From an uncultured Candidatus Saccharibacteria bacterium (lineage in GTDB: Bacteria > Patescibacteriota > Minisyncoccia > Phycocordibacterales > CSBR16-119): a stretch of DNA of 64,000 nt. Each line of letters starts with the position of its first letter. The stretch's first letter is position 1. Below the pieces are notes generated by a model. It was not told the origin of the DNA and ran no database searches. It was given only the letters and a program-made list of their open reading frames with translations. The translations under genes were made by a program, and so were the position numbers. Positions 27,658 to 38,046 of this stretch are shown piece by piece. The DNA lies in assembly GCA_964581035.1 (NCBI GenBank), contig CAZOLO010000001.1, positions 7,190 to 71,189 on the forward strand, written 5' to 3'.

Positions 27658-28371
27658 ATGGCTCTTATTGAGATAAAAAAACTATCTAAAGAATATGTAA
27701 ATGACACCGTGGTAACTCCGGTGTTGTTTGATGTTGATCTTAAAATAGAGAAGGGGGAGTTTGTCGCAATTATGGGGCCATCTGGTTCTGGAAAATCAAC
27801 ATTAATGCATATTCTTGGATTTCTGGATCGAGGCTCAAGAGGTGAATTTCTTTTTGAAGGTAAAGACACTAGTGATTTAAATGATGACGCACTTGCAGAA
27901 ATTAGAAATGAGAAAGTTGGGTTCGTATTTCAAGCCTTTAATCTTCTACCCAGAACAACAGTTCTTGATAACGTTGTTCTTCCTCTTTTGTACAGTAGTA
28001 GACCTAGGGATACACATGAAAAAATGGGGCTAGATGCATTAGCTGCTGTTGATCTAACTGAAAGAGTTTCTTTCTACACCAATCAAATATCTGGTGGGCA
28101 AAAACAGAGGGTCGCCATAGCTCGGGCTTTGGTAAATGATCCAGACGTAATTTTTGCTGATGAGCCCACAGGTAATCTGGACTCAAAATCCGGAGAGGCT
28201 GTTATGGAAATACTTAGAAAACTAAATGAAAAGGGAAGAACTATTATTTTGGTAACTCATGAGCAAGAGACAGCTGAGTATGCCGATAGGATAATTACTA
28301 TTCGTGATGGAAAAATCACTAGCGATGAAAAGGCGGATGGTAAAAAATTAGAATACGGTAAGAAAAAATAA
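27658..28371 (+). CDS. ABC transporter ATP-binding protein (MacB/LolD/FtsE family)
   Basis: Walker [10 protein letters not shown], signature [15 protein letters not shown], Walker [12 protein letters not shown]. Confidence 0.85.
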   Translation: MALIEIKKLSKEYVNDTVVTPVLFDVDLKIEKGEFVAIMGPSGSGKSTLMHILGFLDRGSRGEFLFEGKDTSDLNDDALAEIRNEKVGFVFQAFNLLPRTTVLDNVVLPLLYSSRPRDTHEKMGLDALAAVDLTERVSFYTNQISGGQKQRVAIARALVNDPDVIFADEPTGNLDSKSGEAVMEILRKLNEKGRTIILVTHEQETAEYADRIITIRDGKITSDEKADGKKLEYGKKK

Positions 28372-28373
28372 TC

Positions 28374-29639
28374 ATGAGATTTATTTATATTCTCAAAGAT
28401 GCATTTAAAACCCTTTTTATAAAAAAAGCCAGAACGCTACTGACTATGCTTGGGATAATAATTGGGGTGGCTGGAGTTATTATAATTGTCTCTCTTGGGG
28501 TTGGGGCTCAGAGTCTTGTTTTATCTCAGATTACAAAACTTGGTTCTAATCTGGTGAGTGTCTTGCCTGGGGCTAGTGACGAAACAGGTCCGCCAGCCGC
28601 AGTTTTTGGTATTCAGATAGAGACATTGAAATTCTCTGATGCAGAAGCTATTGATAAAGATCCAAGATTAGATCATGTTTTAGCTGTAACTGCTGGAGCT
28701 AATGGGAATGGTACTGTTGTTTGGAAAGGAGAGTCTGTTGATACTGCCATAGCTGGGATAACTTATCAGTATCCCTCTGTTCAAGATATAGAGCTTTCAG
28801 AAGGTAGATTCTTTAATGAAGCTGAAGATAAAGCTTCTGCGTATGTTACCGTCCTAGGATCGTCTGTTAAGGAGTCTCTCTTTGGAGACAAGTCTGCAGT
28901 TGGGGAGGTTGTGAGGGTTAGGCTAAACTCAGCTGACAGCTCATCCTCGATCTCTTTAAGAGTTGTGGGAGTTACAAAAGAAAAGGGGTCAAGTATTTTC
29001 TTTAATCCTGATGATCAGATTTTAGCCCCACTAGCTGTTGTTCAGAGACAGCTTCTTGGAATAGATCACTTGCAGTTTATACAGGCTAAGATAGATGAGG
29101 GCGTAAATGTTAAACCAACCATCGAAGGTATTAGAGAGGTTCTACGCGAGGAGCACAAGATAAAAAATGCATCAGACGATGATTTTTCTGTGCGGGATTT
29201 AGCAGATGCTGTATCTCTTTTGACTGGAATCACAGATGCTCTACGATTGTTTCTTGGATTGATGGCAAGTATATCTCTTGTTGTTGGAGGAATTGGAATT
29301 ATGAATATTATGCTTGTTACTGTAACAGAGCGGACTAGAGAGATTGGACTAAGAAAGGCTGTTGGAGCGAGATCTTTTAATATCAGAATGCAATTCTTAA
29401 TTGAAGCAATTATTATAACAACCATTGGTGGGGTTATTGGTATTTTAGTGGGGTCACTCATATCTTGGTTGATTTCTATCGGTGCTCATTTTGCTGGGTT
29501 TGACTGGGTTTTCTCGGTTCCTCTTGGTTCAATATTTCTTGCTGTTGGGGTTTCTGTTTTCGTGGGTGTTGTATTCGGTTATTACCCAGCAGCTCAAGCC
29601 TCAAAGCTAGACCCTATTGAATCACTACGCTATGAGTAG
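28374..29639 (+). CDS. ABC transporter permease, FtsX/MacB-type
   Basis: N-terminal TM, large periplasmic domain, C-terminal FtsX four-TM domain. Confidence 0.75.
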   Translation: MRFIYILKDAFKTLFIKKARTLLTMLGIIIGVAGVIIIVSLGVGAQSLVLSQITKLGSNLVSVLPGASDETGPPAAVFGIQIETLKFSDAEAIDKDPRLDHVLAVTAGANGNGTVVWKGESVDTAIAGITYQYPSVQDIELSEGRFFNEAEDKASAYVTVLGSSVKESLFGDKSAVGEVVRVRLNSADSSSSISLRVVGVTKEKGSSIFFNPDDQILAPLAVVQRQLLGIDHLQFIQAKIDEGVNVKPTIEGIREVLREEHKIKNASDDDFSVRDLADAVSLLTGITDALRLFLGLMASISLVVGGIGIMNIMLVTVTERTREIGLRKAVGARSFNIRMQFLIEAIIITTIGGVIGILVGSLISWLISIGAHFAGFDWVFSVPLGSIFLAVGVSVFVGVVFGYYPAAQASKLDPIESLRYE

Positions 29640-29660
29640 GTATATAGATTTTTAAATATT

Positions 29661-30920
29661 ATGAAAAAACTTCTGGAACAATCCTATAAAGGTATAAAAG
29701 GCAATCGGTCTCGAGCTATTTTAACAATGCTTGGGATAGTTATTGGAGTTGCGACCATTATCTTGGTACTATCTGCTGGGGAAGGTTTTAAGAGTTATTT
29801 AAACTATCAAATAGAGCAGTTTGGTTCAAACACACTTACTATTGAGACAGTTGTGCCTCCCACAACTAAACAGAGAAATTCTGGAGGGATAAGTAGTGAG
29901 GGCAACTCTACTGCCTCTCAGGCTATTACGGTAGATACTTTTAAGACAAGAGATGTTGATTTAATAAAAAACCTTCCAAATATAAAAAATGTTTATGGGG
30001 CGGTTGTTAGTCAGGACATCGCTTCATACGAGGGGAAGACTAAAAATGCTTTTCTTTTTGGTTCTTCAGCAAGCCGTTTTCAAATAGACAAAGGTGATCT
30101 TGCTTACGGTAGAGGATATACTGAGGCAGAAGAAAAAAGCTTGGCACAAGTTGTTGTTTTGGGGTCAGATATCTCTGAATATTTTTTTGGTGAGAAAAAT
30201 CCAGTAGGGGAAATTATTAGGGTGGGTAGTCTGAATTTTAGGGTGGTAGGTGTTTATGAACCTCGTGGGTCTTTTGGCTTTTCAAATGATGACGAGCAAT
30301 TATTTTTACCATTGAGAACTCTCCAGAAAAAAGTTATGGGTATAGATTATTTGTTTTACGCAGTAGCTGAAGTAGAAGATGAAACTCTGGCTGAAATTAC
30401 AGCAGAGGATGTTAGAGATCTCCTTCGTAAAAGTCATCAGATTAGAATAGAAGGGAATGAAGATTTTCGAGTTGCTACTCAGAAACAAAATCTTTCAACC
30501 TTTGATACGATACTTAAGGCCACGACATTTTTGCTGTTAGCCGTCGCAGCAATATCCCTTATTGTAGGTGGGGTAGGTGTTATGAATATTATGTATGTTG
30601 TAGTAACAGAAAGGACGGCAGAAATTGGTCTTAAAAAAGCTTTGGGAGCCAAAGGTGTAGATATTAGGAACGAATTTTTAGCAGAAGCGGCACTGATTAC
30701 ATTTGTAGGTGGGTTTATAGGGGTCTTGTTCGGTGTTTTCTTGGCATACATAGTTTCTGTCTTTGCAAATAGTGCTGGCTTTTTCTGGGCGTTTAAAGTT
30801 CCCATCTCTGGTTTGATTCTTGGAATGGTTATCTCTGTAGGGATTGGTATATTTTTTGGAGTATTCCCGGCAATCCAAGCTGCGAAATTAGATCCAATTG
30901 AAGCACTTAGAAAAGAATAA
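29661..30920 (+). CDS. ABC transporter permease, FtsX/MacB-type (second copy)
   Basis: Same architecture as the upstream gene. Confidence 0.75.
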   Translation: MKKLLEQSYKGIKGNRSRAILTMLGIVIGVATIILVLSAGEGFKSYLNYQIEQFGSNTLTIETVVPPTTKQRNSGGISSEGNSTASQAITVDTFKTRDVDLIKNLPNIKNVYGAVVSQDIASYEGKTKNAFLFGSSASRFQIDKGDLAYGRGYTEAEEKSLAQVVVLGSDISEYFFGEKNPVGEIIRVGSLNFRVVGVYEPRGSFGFSNDDEQLFLPLRTLQKKVMGIDYLFYAVAEVEDETLAEITAEDVRDLLRKSHQIRIEGNEDFRVATQKQNLSTFDTILKATTFLLLAVAAISLIVGGVGVMNIMYVVVTERTAEIGLKKALGAKGVDIRNEFLAEAALITFVGGFIGVLFGVFLAYIVSVFANSAGFFWAFKVPISGLILGMVISVGIGIFFGVFPAIQAAKLDPIEALRKE

Positions 30921-31090
30921 TGTTATAATGAATGAGGTAAGGAATCTGGTTGACAGATGACTATATCGAATTTACGCAGAGTGCGAATGAAGCAAAGAGT
31001 TTTTATAGAAGACGAATATGCTGAATTTATTACAGAGCGTTTCCCATTTCAAATAGAGAGTGGTTTGTTTAGAAATTAAATTAAAATAAC

Positions 31091-31723
31091 ATGACATCAA
31101 AAACATTTTCAATAAAAAAAGCCTTTTCTGATTCTTGGGCTTTAGAAAAAGCAGAGCTTAGCAAGTTTATATTAGTTGCTGTTGTACTCCTTGGTGTATC
31201 CTTGGTTTCTGGTCTTGCTGAAGACCAAAGTTGGATACTTACCTTGCTATCATATTTTCTTCAAGTTTATCTTGGAATAATCTGGATTATTTTTGCTGTT
31301 CGTTCAGTGGAAAGTAAAAAGCTTGTATTTAAATCAGTTTTCAAGGAAATAAATGCAAATTTGTATTTTAAATTTTTCGTTTTAACAGTATTAGTTACAA
31401 TTCTTGTTGGTCTTGGAACAATCCTTCTTATTATTCCAGGAATCATAGCGGCTACAGGACTTCAGTTTGCGGGGTATTTTATGATTGACGAAAACGTTTC
31501 AATAAAAAAATCAATGAAGCTTAGTTGGGAAGCAACAAAAGGTGTTAGGTTAAAATTATTTTGGCTTATCATAGTATTAGGGCTAGTTAATATTCTAGGG
31601 ATGCTTCTATTTGGGATTGGCTTGTTAGTTACCATGCCTTTAACAAGTCTTGTCTTAGCCCATATCTATGTAGACTTCATTAAACATCGTAAGATTTCAA
31701 ATTCTCAAACGTCTTCTTCTTAG
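31091..31723 (+). CDS. hypothetical polytopic membrane protein
   Basis: Multiple TM segments. Confidence 0.45.
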   Translation: MTSKTFSIKKAFSDSWALEKAELSKFILVAVVLLGVSLVSGLAEDQSWILTLLSYFLQVYLGIIWIIFAVRSVESKKLVFKSVFKEINANLYFKFFVLTVLVTILVGLGTILLIIPGIIAATGLQFAGYFMIDENVSIKKSMKLSWEATKGVRLKLFWLIIVLGLVNILGMLLFGIGLLVTMPLTSLVLAHIYVDFIKHRKISNSQTSSS

Positions 31724-31745
31724 TTATTAGGTAATTTAATTAAAT

Positions 31746-32525
31746 ATGTTATTTACAAAAGATCAAAATCAATATGTTGGTAATTTAGTAATTATTGTAT
31801 TAGTCACATTGGCAATATTTTTAGTTGCTATGTCATTTAATGCTTTTAAAAGCTCAAGATACATTGGAACAGGAGGGGATGTTCCCAATACCCTGACTTT
31901 CTCTGGGGAGTCAGAAGTTAGGATTCAGCCTGATATGGCTACAATCTCTTTTTCTTTCGAAAAGGAGTCAGATGTTGTGGCTGATGCTCAGGAATTTGTT
32001 TCAGAAAAAATTTCATCTACTTTGAAAAGTTTAGATAGCTTAGGTATAAAAGAAAAAGATATAAGAACTTCTTCCTATAACACAAACCCAAGATATGATT
32101 GGAATGATGGAGAGCAGAAGTTAAAAGGCTATGTCGTTAGTCAGAGCGTTGATGTGATAATACGAGATATAAGTAAGACAAATGCTGTGGTGGCCCTTTT
32201 AGGGGAGATGGGTGTTACAAATCTTTCTGGTCCCTATTTTGACGTTGAAGATAAGGAGTCTTATGAAAGACTTGCAAGAAAAGAGGCCATAAATGCAGCT
32301 AGAGCTAAAGCTGAAGAACTTGCAGATGATCTTGGAGTAAAACTTATCCGAATTGTATCCTTTAATGAAGGAGGTAATGACACTTCATACCCTCAGCCAT
32401 ACATGACTGCTAGAAATGAAATGGTTTCAATGGATGCAGCTGGAGCACCAAAAGCATCTCCAGAAATTCCAATAGGGGAGAATGTTGTAACTGCCAATGT
32501 TACAATAACTTACGAAATCCAATAA
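31746..32525 (+). CDS. SIMPL/DUF541-domain protein (periplasmic, membrane-anchored)
   Basis: N-terminal anchor; overall pattern and C-terminal VTANVTITYEI resemble the BP26/SIMPL family. Confidence 0.45.
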   Translation: MLFTKDQNQYVGNLVIIVLVTLAIFLVAMSFNAFKSSRYIGTGGDVPNTLTFSGESEVRIQPDMATISFSFEKESDVVADAQEFVSEKISSTLKSLDSLGIKEKDIRTSSYNTNPRYDWNDGEQKLKGYVVSQSVDVIIRDISKTNAVVALLGEMGVTNLSGPYFDVEDKESYERLARKEAINAARAKAEELADDLGVKLIRIVSFNEGGNDTSYPQPYMTARNEMVSMDAAGAPKASPEIPIGENVVTANVTITYEIQ

Positions 32526-32530
32526 TATTA

Positions 32531-32553
32531 AAAACCACCGGAAGGTGGTTTTT
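32531..32553 (+). terminator. rho-independent terminator
   Basis: aaaaccaccggaaggtggttttt. Confidence 0.65.
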
Positions 32554-32577
32554 CTTTGATATACTTAAACAAAAACC

Positions 32578-32916
32578 ATGGATTTAAAAAGAATCGCTAA
32601 GAAAAAAATAAGCGATTCTTCTGGTGAAAGATTCGTTTATGTTTGGGAGCATACTGGTCTTGAAATAAAGGATGGTCTGTATGTGGCCAAAGTTAAGGGC
32701 TTAAGTCGGTTATCTAGAGTTTTTAGAAAAGAGGTCTTTATTTGGAAAAATCAAGAAGATAAGAATACTCATGACATGTTTGTTTTAAACAGTCTTGATA
32801 TACTAAGCCTTCCTGACGTTTTCGATCATAAATCTTATAGATTTTCATTTATGGAAAATTACCTAGGTGACGAAGGTTTGAAGCTTCTGATTGATAGGAC
32901 AAAAGAGCGTAAATAA
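32578..32916 (+). CDS. hypothetical protein
   Basis: 112-aa ORF. Confidence 0.4.
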   Translation: MDLKRIAKKKISDSSGERFVYVWEHTGLEIKDGLYVAKVKGLSRLSRVFRKEVFIWKNQEDKNTHDMFVLNSLDILSLPDVFDHKSYRFSFMENYLGDEGLKLLIDRTKERK

Positions 32917-32928
32917 ACGCTCTTTTTA
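32901..32928 (+). terminator. rho-independent terminator
   Basis: aaaagagcgtaaataaacgctcttttt. Confidence 0.55.
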
Positions 32929-33046
32929 ATTTAAATACTTAGACTTGCTTTTCTGTTTAATTAAGGTATTATGACTATATCAAAGGCCCCAAAAGGCCTT
33001 TTAAAAAAGCCAATTTTTCAATTAATAAATTAACTAAAAAAACATC

Positions 33047-33217
33047 ATGTTTGAATTCTTCAAAAAAGTAAAAGGTGAAATGACCCATACTGTTTGGCCA
33101 ACGAGAAATCAAACAATAGCTTTTACCGCTATTGTTATCGTAATCTCAATTGCTATTGCGTACTACCTTGGTTTGTTTGACTATATCTTCAGTCAGATTT
33201 TAGGAAGTCTTATATAA
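33047..33217 (+). CDS. secE: preprotein translocase subunit SecE (56 aa)
   Basis: Small single-TM ORF (MFEFFKKVKGEMTHTVWPTRNQTIAFTAIVIVISIAI...), absent from the track as <60 aa; directly upstream of nusG-rplK. Confidence 0.6.
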   Translation: MFEFFKKVKGEMTHTVWPTRNQTIAFTAIVIVISIAIAYYLGLFDYIFSQILGSLI

Positions 33218-33260
33218 TTCCACTTTTTATTAAAAACCTAATCATCTAAAATAATTAATT

Positions 33261-33809
33261 ATGGCAAAACAAGAAATACAAGGAATTAGGAATTGGTATG
33301 CTATTCATACCTACTCTGGATATGAGAATGCTGTTCTCAAAAATCTAAAGCAAAGAATCGATTCACTTGGAATGCAAGACAAGATATTTAACGTGGTTGT
33401 TCCAACCGAAAAGAAGATCAAGATTAAGGCGGGGAAGAGAGTAGAGGTGGAGGAGAAAATTTACCCTGGATATATTCTTGTGGACATGATGGTTACAGAT
33501 GATTCTTGGTATGTTGTCCGAAACACTCCAAGGGTTACGGGGTTCGTTGGTTCAGGAGTAACTCCTGTTCCAGTGTCAAAAGAGGAGATAGATTTCCTAT
33601 TTGCTCGAATGAAGGATCAAGATAGTGCAAAGCACAACATTGATATGGAGATTGGCGAAACTATACTTATCACAGATGGTCCGTTTAAGGAGCTTCAAGG
33701 TAAAATTAATGAAATCGACCAGGAGCGAGGTAAGATAAAGGTTCTTGTAGATATGTTTGGTCGAGAAACACCCGTAGAGCTAGATTTCTTGCAACTTAAG
33801 AAAATATAA
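33261..33809 (+). CDS. nusG: transcription termination/antitermination factor NusG
   Basis: NGN domain (WYAIHTYSGYE) plus KOW motif; synteny with secE and rplK. Confidence 0.85.
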   Translation: MAKQEIQGIRNWYAIHTYSGYENAVLKNLKQRIDSLGMQDKIFNVVVPTEKKIKIKAGKRVEVEEKIYPGYILVDMMVTDDSWYVVRNTPRVTGFVGSGVTPVPVSKEEIDFLFARMKDQDSAKHNIDMEIGETILITDGPFKELQGKINEIDQERGKIKVLVDMFGRETPVELDFLQLKKI

Positions 33810-33865
33810 GGTAATCTACTATTCGTTACGCGGTAAGCCTCAACTTACTATATAAAGATAAAAAC

Positions 33866-34291
33866 ATGGCAAAAAAAATAACTAAAAAACTAAAATTACA
33901 GGTTCCAGCAGGGGCAGCTACACCAGCTCCTCCTCTTGGTCCTGCACTTGGACAAGCTGGAGTAAATATTTCTCAGTTCGTAAATGATTTCAACGATCAG
34001 ACAAAAGACAAAAGAGGGGAGATCTGTTCTGTTGTTCTAAATGTATATGATGACCGATCATTTGATTTCTTGATTAAAACACCACCAGTTACAAGTCTTA
34101 TCTTGAAAGCTGCTGGAATCAAAGCTGGATCAGGAAAGAATAGAACAAAGAAAGTTGGAACAATTACAAAAGCTCAGGTAAAAGAAATTGCAGAAATTAA
34201 GATGCCTGACATCAACGCAAAAAATATTGAAGGAGCAATGAAGATCGTAGAAGGATCATGTCGCTCAATGGGTGTTGAAGTATCTGCTTAA
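33866..34291 (+). CDS. rplK: 50S ribosomal protein L11
   Basis: PAGAATPAPPLGPALGQAGVNI... Confidence 0.9.
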   Translation: MAKKITKKLKLQVPAGAATPAPPLGPALGQAGVNISQFVNDFNDQTKDKRGEICSVVLNVYDDRSFDFLIKTPPVTSLILKAAGIKAGSGKNRTKKVGTITKAQVKEIAEIKMPDINAKNIEGAMKIVEGSCRSMGVEVSA

Positions 34292-34310
34292 AGAAAAAAT
34301 TTACATTTAA

Positions 34311-34339
34311 AAAAGGCCCACCGAAAGGTGGGTCTTTTT
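34311..34339. terminator. bidirectional terminator
   Basis: aaaaggcccaccgaaaggtgggtcttttt between convergent rplK and folA. Confidence 0.65.
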
Positions 34340-34340
34340 G

Positions 34341-34901
34341 TTACATGGATTTCCTTTTGTAGATTTCAATTGAAAAACTAATAGGGGTTTTATCCCTGTA
34401 GAAACCTTCTTTTATCTCTTTTGATTCGAGGTTAAAATCATCCATCCATCCTGTTGGGAAGAATACATCAGCTTCAATTTCGTTTTTATCATTCACAACA
34501 GATAATATGATTTCATCAACCTCGATTTCATCAAATGATAGGTTGTATATCTCACCACCTCCTGCGATAAATATTTCCCGACCTGGGAATTTTCGCTGCA
34601 TGTCTTCAACGGATTTCTTGAGATCACCATATAGAGTTACCCCATCTGGAACATCAAGATTTTCTTGTCTAGTGATAACGACAGTCTCTCGACCTAGGTC
34701 AAAGGGTACATACTGTGGTGGAATAGTTTTGAAAGTCTTTCTTCCAGAGATAACTATTTTACCAGATGTTGTTTTCGCGAAGTGTCTTTTATCTATCGGG
34801 ATATCAAAAAGTAATTCTGAATGTTTCTCTCGATCCTTTGGAGCTATTGCCATGTCAGACTTTCTAACTGAAGCAATAAGTGTGATTTTTGATTTTTTCA
34901 T
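34341..34901 (-). CDS. folA: dihydrofolate reductase
   Basis: ITLIASV...GRKTFKTIP...IFIAGGGEIY pattern; start moved to the internal ATG because the track ORF begins at TTG. Confidence 0.65.
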   Translation of the reverse strand: MKKSKITLIASVRKSDMAIAPKDREKHSELLFDIPIDKRHFAKTTSGKIVISGRKTFKTIPPQYVPFDLGRETVVITRQENLDVPDGVTLYGDLKKSVEDMQRKFPGREIFIAGGGEIYNLSFDEIEVDEIILSVVNDKNEIEADVFFPTGWMDDFNLESKEIKEGFYRDKTPISFSIEIYKRKSM

Positions 34902-35006
34902 ACTATGACTATTTACATTTTTAATCACATTACCTAAATAATCTTTTTCTTGCAAGTCTTCTATTCGTGTGGTAATTTCAAATTAAACAAATTGAAAATA
35001 GAAAAC

Positions 35007-35624
35007 ATGAATATAGATAAAGATTTTAAATTTTCTTTTGAAACAAAGGTTGTTTCAGATTATGACAAACTTCAACAAATTGTTACTGGCCATAAGGCTC
35101 AAGGAAAGATAATCATTGCTGTTAGCGGTGTTTTTGACATGATACACGATGGTCATGTTAAGTACCTTGAAAAAGCTTCTCAATTAGGCGACATTTTAAT
35201 TCTCGGAGTTGACGATGATGAGTTAACAAGAAAGAATAAAGGAGAGGGTCGTCCTTTTGATGAGCTGGAGTCTAGATTAGCTGTTCTTGGTGGTTTGTCT
35301 TGTGTTGATCATATAAAAGTACGAGATGTGAAAGAAGGAGTGGGTGACTTTGTGACCAAGATTGAGCCGGATGTTTTAGTCATATCTTCTTCATCAACTC
35401 AATACGATGAGGATAAAGAGACATTTTCTCAGATAATAGATCGCATGTATGTCAAAACAGGTATAGCAAAAAAGGTTGTTAATTTTGAACCTCAATCTTC
35501 AAATTCTACAACGGCAAAAATACTGAAGCTAAAGAAAGAGGGGGCTAAACCTTTGATAGATGAACTAAGTGAAGTCATACTAAGACATACGGGAGAAAGT
35601 AAACAAGAAAAAAAGAAGTCATGA
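35007..35624 (+). CDS. cytidylyltransferase-like nucleotidyltransferase (HxGH family)
   Basis: AVSGVFDMIHDGH motif; track ORF begins at TTG 34950, ATG at 35007 preferred. Confidence 0.5.
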   Translation: MNIDKDFKFSFETKVVSDYDKLQQIVTGHKAQGKIIIAVSGVFDMIHDGHVKYLEKASQLGDILILGVDDDELTRKNKGEGRPFDELESRLAVLGGLSCVDHIKVRDVKEGVGDFVTKIEPDVLVISSSSTQYDEDKETFSQIIDRMYVKTGIAKKVVNFEPQSSNSTTAKILKLKKEGAKPLIDELSEVILRHTGESKQEKKKS

Positions 35625-36472
35625 AAAAAGCAATTTTAGCTTACGTGCCAGCTATTCATCAGGGATATTTAAATCTGTTCTCAGAAAACAATTGCGATAT
35701 CTACGTAATGGGCTCTGGTTTAATTAAGGAAATTATTTCTGAAGATGGCTTTAGTCATTACTCCAGAGATCTTCGAGCTGTTAATCCAAAATCAATTGTT
35801 CGCATGTTGAATTCTGAGCTTAAAGGTCAGTCAGCATCTTTGTTTGAGGTTGGATTGGTTGATCTGTTTAGAACCAGGTATTCAAAAATCATTCTTCCTG
35901 AAGAGGATATTAGCAAGTTTGTGGGGAAGAAATACCTTTCAGATTTTGAAGTAGAGTATTCAAGTAAACACTTTCTACGATATCATAAACAGATCACTCT
36001 AAGAGAATCTGAGTTTGATCCAGATGAGGAGGTTACCTTTGATGAAATGCATCAGAGGCTTATGTCTGAGGCCTTAGAAGAAGCCCAAAAGAGTGCTGAT
36101 TGGTGGAGACAAGTTGGGTTCGTTATAGTTACCTCAGGTGGGAAAATTGTAAAAGGGTTCAACTGTCATATGCCTACTCAGCATGAGCCAGATGTTGCTG
36201 GTGATGCTAGGTCTAACTTCAAGCCAGGCGAACATGCTGACCTATGTACAGCAATTCATTCGGAGCAGTTTGGGATAGCGACTTGTGCTAGACATGGTTA
36301 TGCCACAGACGGTGCGACAATCTACGTGACAACACTTCCTTGTCCAGTTTGTGCAAGAAATATTGTTGTAGCAGGAATACAGAATGTTTACTATGAAAGT
36401 GGATATTCAAAATTTGATGCTTATGAAATTTTCAAGAGCGGAGGGGTAAACCTTATCCGTGTTGGAAAATAA
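35621..36472 (+). CDS. dCMP/cytidine deaminase-family protein with N-terminal extension
   Basis: C-terminal zinc motifs CTAIHSE...PCPVCAR; ~130-aa N-terminal region of unknown function. Confidence 0.6.
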   Translation: MKKAILAYVPAIHQGYLNLFSENNCDIYVMGSGLIKEIISEDGFSHYSRDLRAVNPKSIVRMLNSELKGQSASLFEVGLVDLFRTRYSKIILPEEDISKFVGKKYLSDFEVEYSSKHFLRYHKQITLRESEFDPDEEVTFDEMHQRLMSEALEEAQKSADWWRQVGFVIVTSGGKIVKGFNCHMPTQHEPDVAGDARSNFKPGEHADLCTAIHSEQFGIATCARHGYATDGATIYVTTLPCPVCARNIVVAGIQNVYYESGYSKFDAYEIFKSGGVNLIRVGK

Positions 36473-36476
36473 AAAT

Positions 36477-36498
36477 GGCCACCCCAATTGGGGTGGCC
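36477..36498. terminator. bidirectional terminator
   Basis: ggccaccccaattggggtggcc between convergent genes. Confidence 0.6.
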
Positions 36499-36505
36499 TT
36501 TTAAA

Positions 36506-37483
36506 TTACAACTCAGTATCAACTCTCATCGCTGGATGAGGGTGATAGTCTTTTAAATGAAAATGCTCCGGACGAATCGCAAAGAAATCTGCAACAGGGT
36601 CTCCTGTAGTTTCAAACCGAAGTTCTACTGTAGGAAGACATCTAGGCTCTCTTTTTAGGAGCTCATATACGATCTTTCGCTGCTTCTCGTTGTACATATG
36701 GGAATCATTCATTATATGAATGTATGTTTTCATGGTGTATTCAAGCACACAAGAGAGCATCATACCTATTCCAGCATAGTGAATCATATTGTATGGTACA
36801 CCAGTTGGCATATCTGCGGCTCTTTGTGTATGAATTAGAGTAAGCTCTTTATGTTCTGGGTACAGTTCTATTTGAACGTCACCATGACATGGAGCAACGA
36901 CTACTTGGCGCTTACCATCTGGGACAATTATCCCTGGTGGGTACCAGTTTGTCACTCTATGAGTTAACGCGCTGGGATACTTGATCATTTGCTTAATGAC
37001 ATTTTCCCACTGGTTTATTTCAGTACCGTTTGGCCCAGGAAATCTACCCCAAATTCCACCATAAGAGAACCTCCCTAGATGTTCACCTTTGTCATTGTCA
37101 GGAAGGTCAAAGTGGCACTCACCACCCTTATCGCAAACACGATCAAGGTTTGTCCATCGTTCCCACCAGAACTTTGGTAAACCAAAGCTCTCTAGCTCTT
37201 TTAAAGTGGTGGCTCCATGAATAAATCCGATTACTTCAGCCATTGCGTATCTCAGCGCTGTCTCAGTGATCTTTCTCTCTGTTATAAGAGGGAAGCCATT
37301 TTTCATTGGAAACCTCATAATGTTTCCAAAATACTTTGACATGGTCCCTTCATGAAACTGAGGATCTCTAGTTTCTCCTGATAAGGATATATTCAGTAGA
37401 GCATTTCGATACTCAGAGCTTGGCGATCTTTCCTCAAATGGCAAGTACTTAACAATTGGCACTTTTTCAACTTTTTTGTTCAT
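36506..37483 (-). CDS. thyA: thymidylate synthase ThyA-family (long, divergent form)
   Basis: APCHGDVQ...TQRAADMPTGVPYNMIHYAGIGMML corresponds to the ThyA active-site Cys and folate-binding region; at 325 aa it is longer than typical ThyA. Confidence 0.7.
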   Translation of the reverse strand: MNKKVEKVPIVKYLPFEERSPSSEYRNALLNISLSGETRDPQFHEGTMSKYFGNIMRFPMKNGFPLITERKITETALRYAMAEVIGFIHGATTLKELESFGLPKFWWERWTNLDRVCDKGGECHFDLPDNDKGEHLGRFSYGGIWGRFPGPNGTEINQWENVIKQMIKYPSALTHRVTNWYPPGIIVPDGKRQVVVAPCHGDVQIELYPEHKELTLIHTQRAADMPTGVPYNMIHYAGIGMMLSCVLEYTMKTYIHIMNDSHMYNEKQRKIVYELLKREPRCLPTVELRFETTGDPVADFFAIRPEHFHLKDYHPHPAMRVDTEL

Positions 37484-37484
37484 T

Positions 37485-37955
37485 TCAATCTATTTTACAC
37501 CCAACATAAAGCGGTATCGCCTCGTTCGAGCTTGGTTCAACAATGTGAAAATGTAAATGTTTAACACTGGCGCCAGATAGGCGGGTGTCGCCATATCTCA
37601 TTAGTAACGCACCACCACAAATTTGGAACCTCAGGTTTATCTCAGACAGAGTCTTAAATGCATCTAGAATTTCCTCGCTTCTTAATTCTTCAGTGGTTTT
37701 AATAAACCTCTTAAGTATGACAACGAAATGATGCTTCCTTTTTGGATCCTTGTAGTGTTGATTTCGAATAACAATCCAATAATCTGTATCACTAATTATT
37801 TCATTTCCAAGATCTTCAATTTTGGACCTTTCTCCAAATGGATCATAATTCTTTTTGTAGATTTCAAGATACTTCTCCTGTTGAGAAGTGTTTCTGCAAT
37901 TTGCTAGGTCAACGAATTTGTTCTCGTCTAGCCTTTGTTTGAATTTCTCTTTCAT
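37485..37955 (-). CDS. HIT-family (histidine triad) protein
   Basis: C-terminal HLHFHIV triad. Confidence 0.55.
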   Translation of the reverse strand: MKEKFKQRLDENKFVDLANCRNTSQQEKYLEIYKKNYDPFGERSKIEDLGNEIISDTDYWIVIRNQHYKDPKRKHHFVVILKRFIKTTEELRSEEILDAFKTLSEINLRFQICGGALLMRYGDTRLSGASVKHLHFHIVEPSSNEAIPLYVGCKID

Positions 37956-38046
37956 GTTTCAATTTTCTGTTTATTTTCATACTACTGATTAAACCATTAT
38001 TAGTCAACCTTTGTATTAAGTATCTATTTCAAGTAACATAAGTCAT

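Noticed and set aside
29066-29461. Minus-strand 131-aa ORF inside the FtsX permease gene; similar ones at 30479..30805 and 30678..30878
   Set aside because: Embedded antisense ORFs with low-complexity translations.
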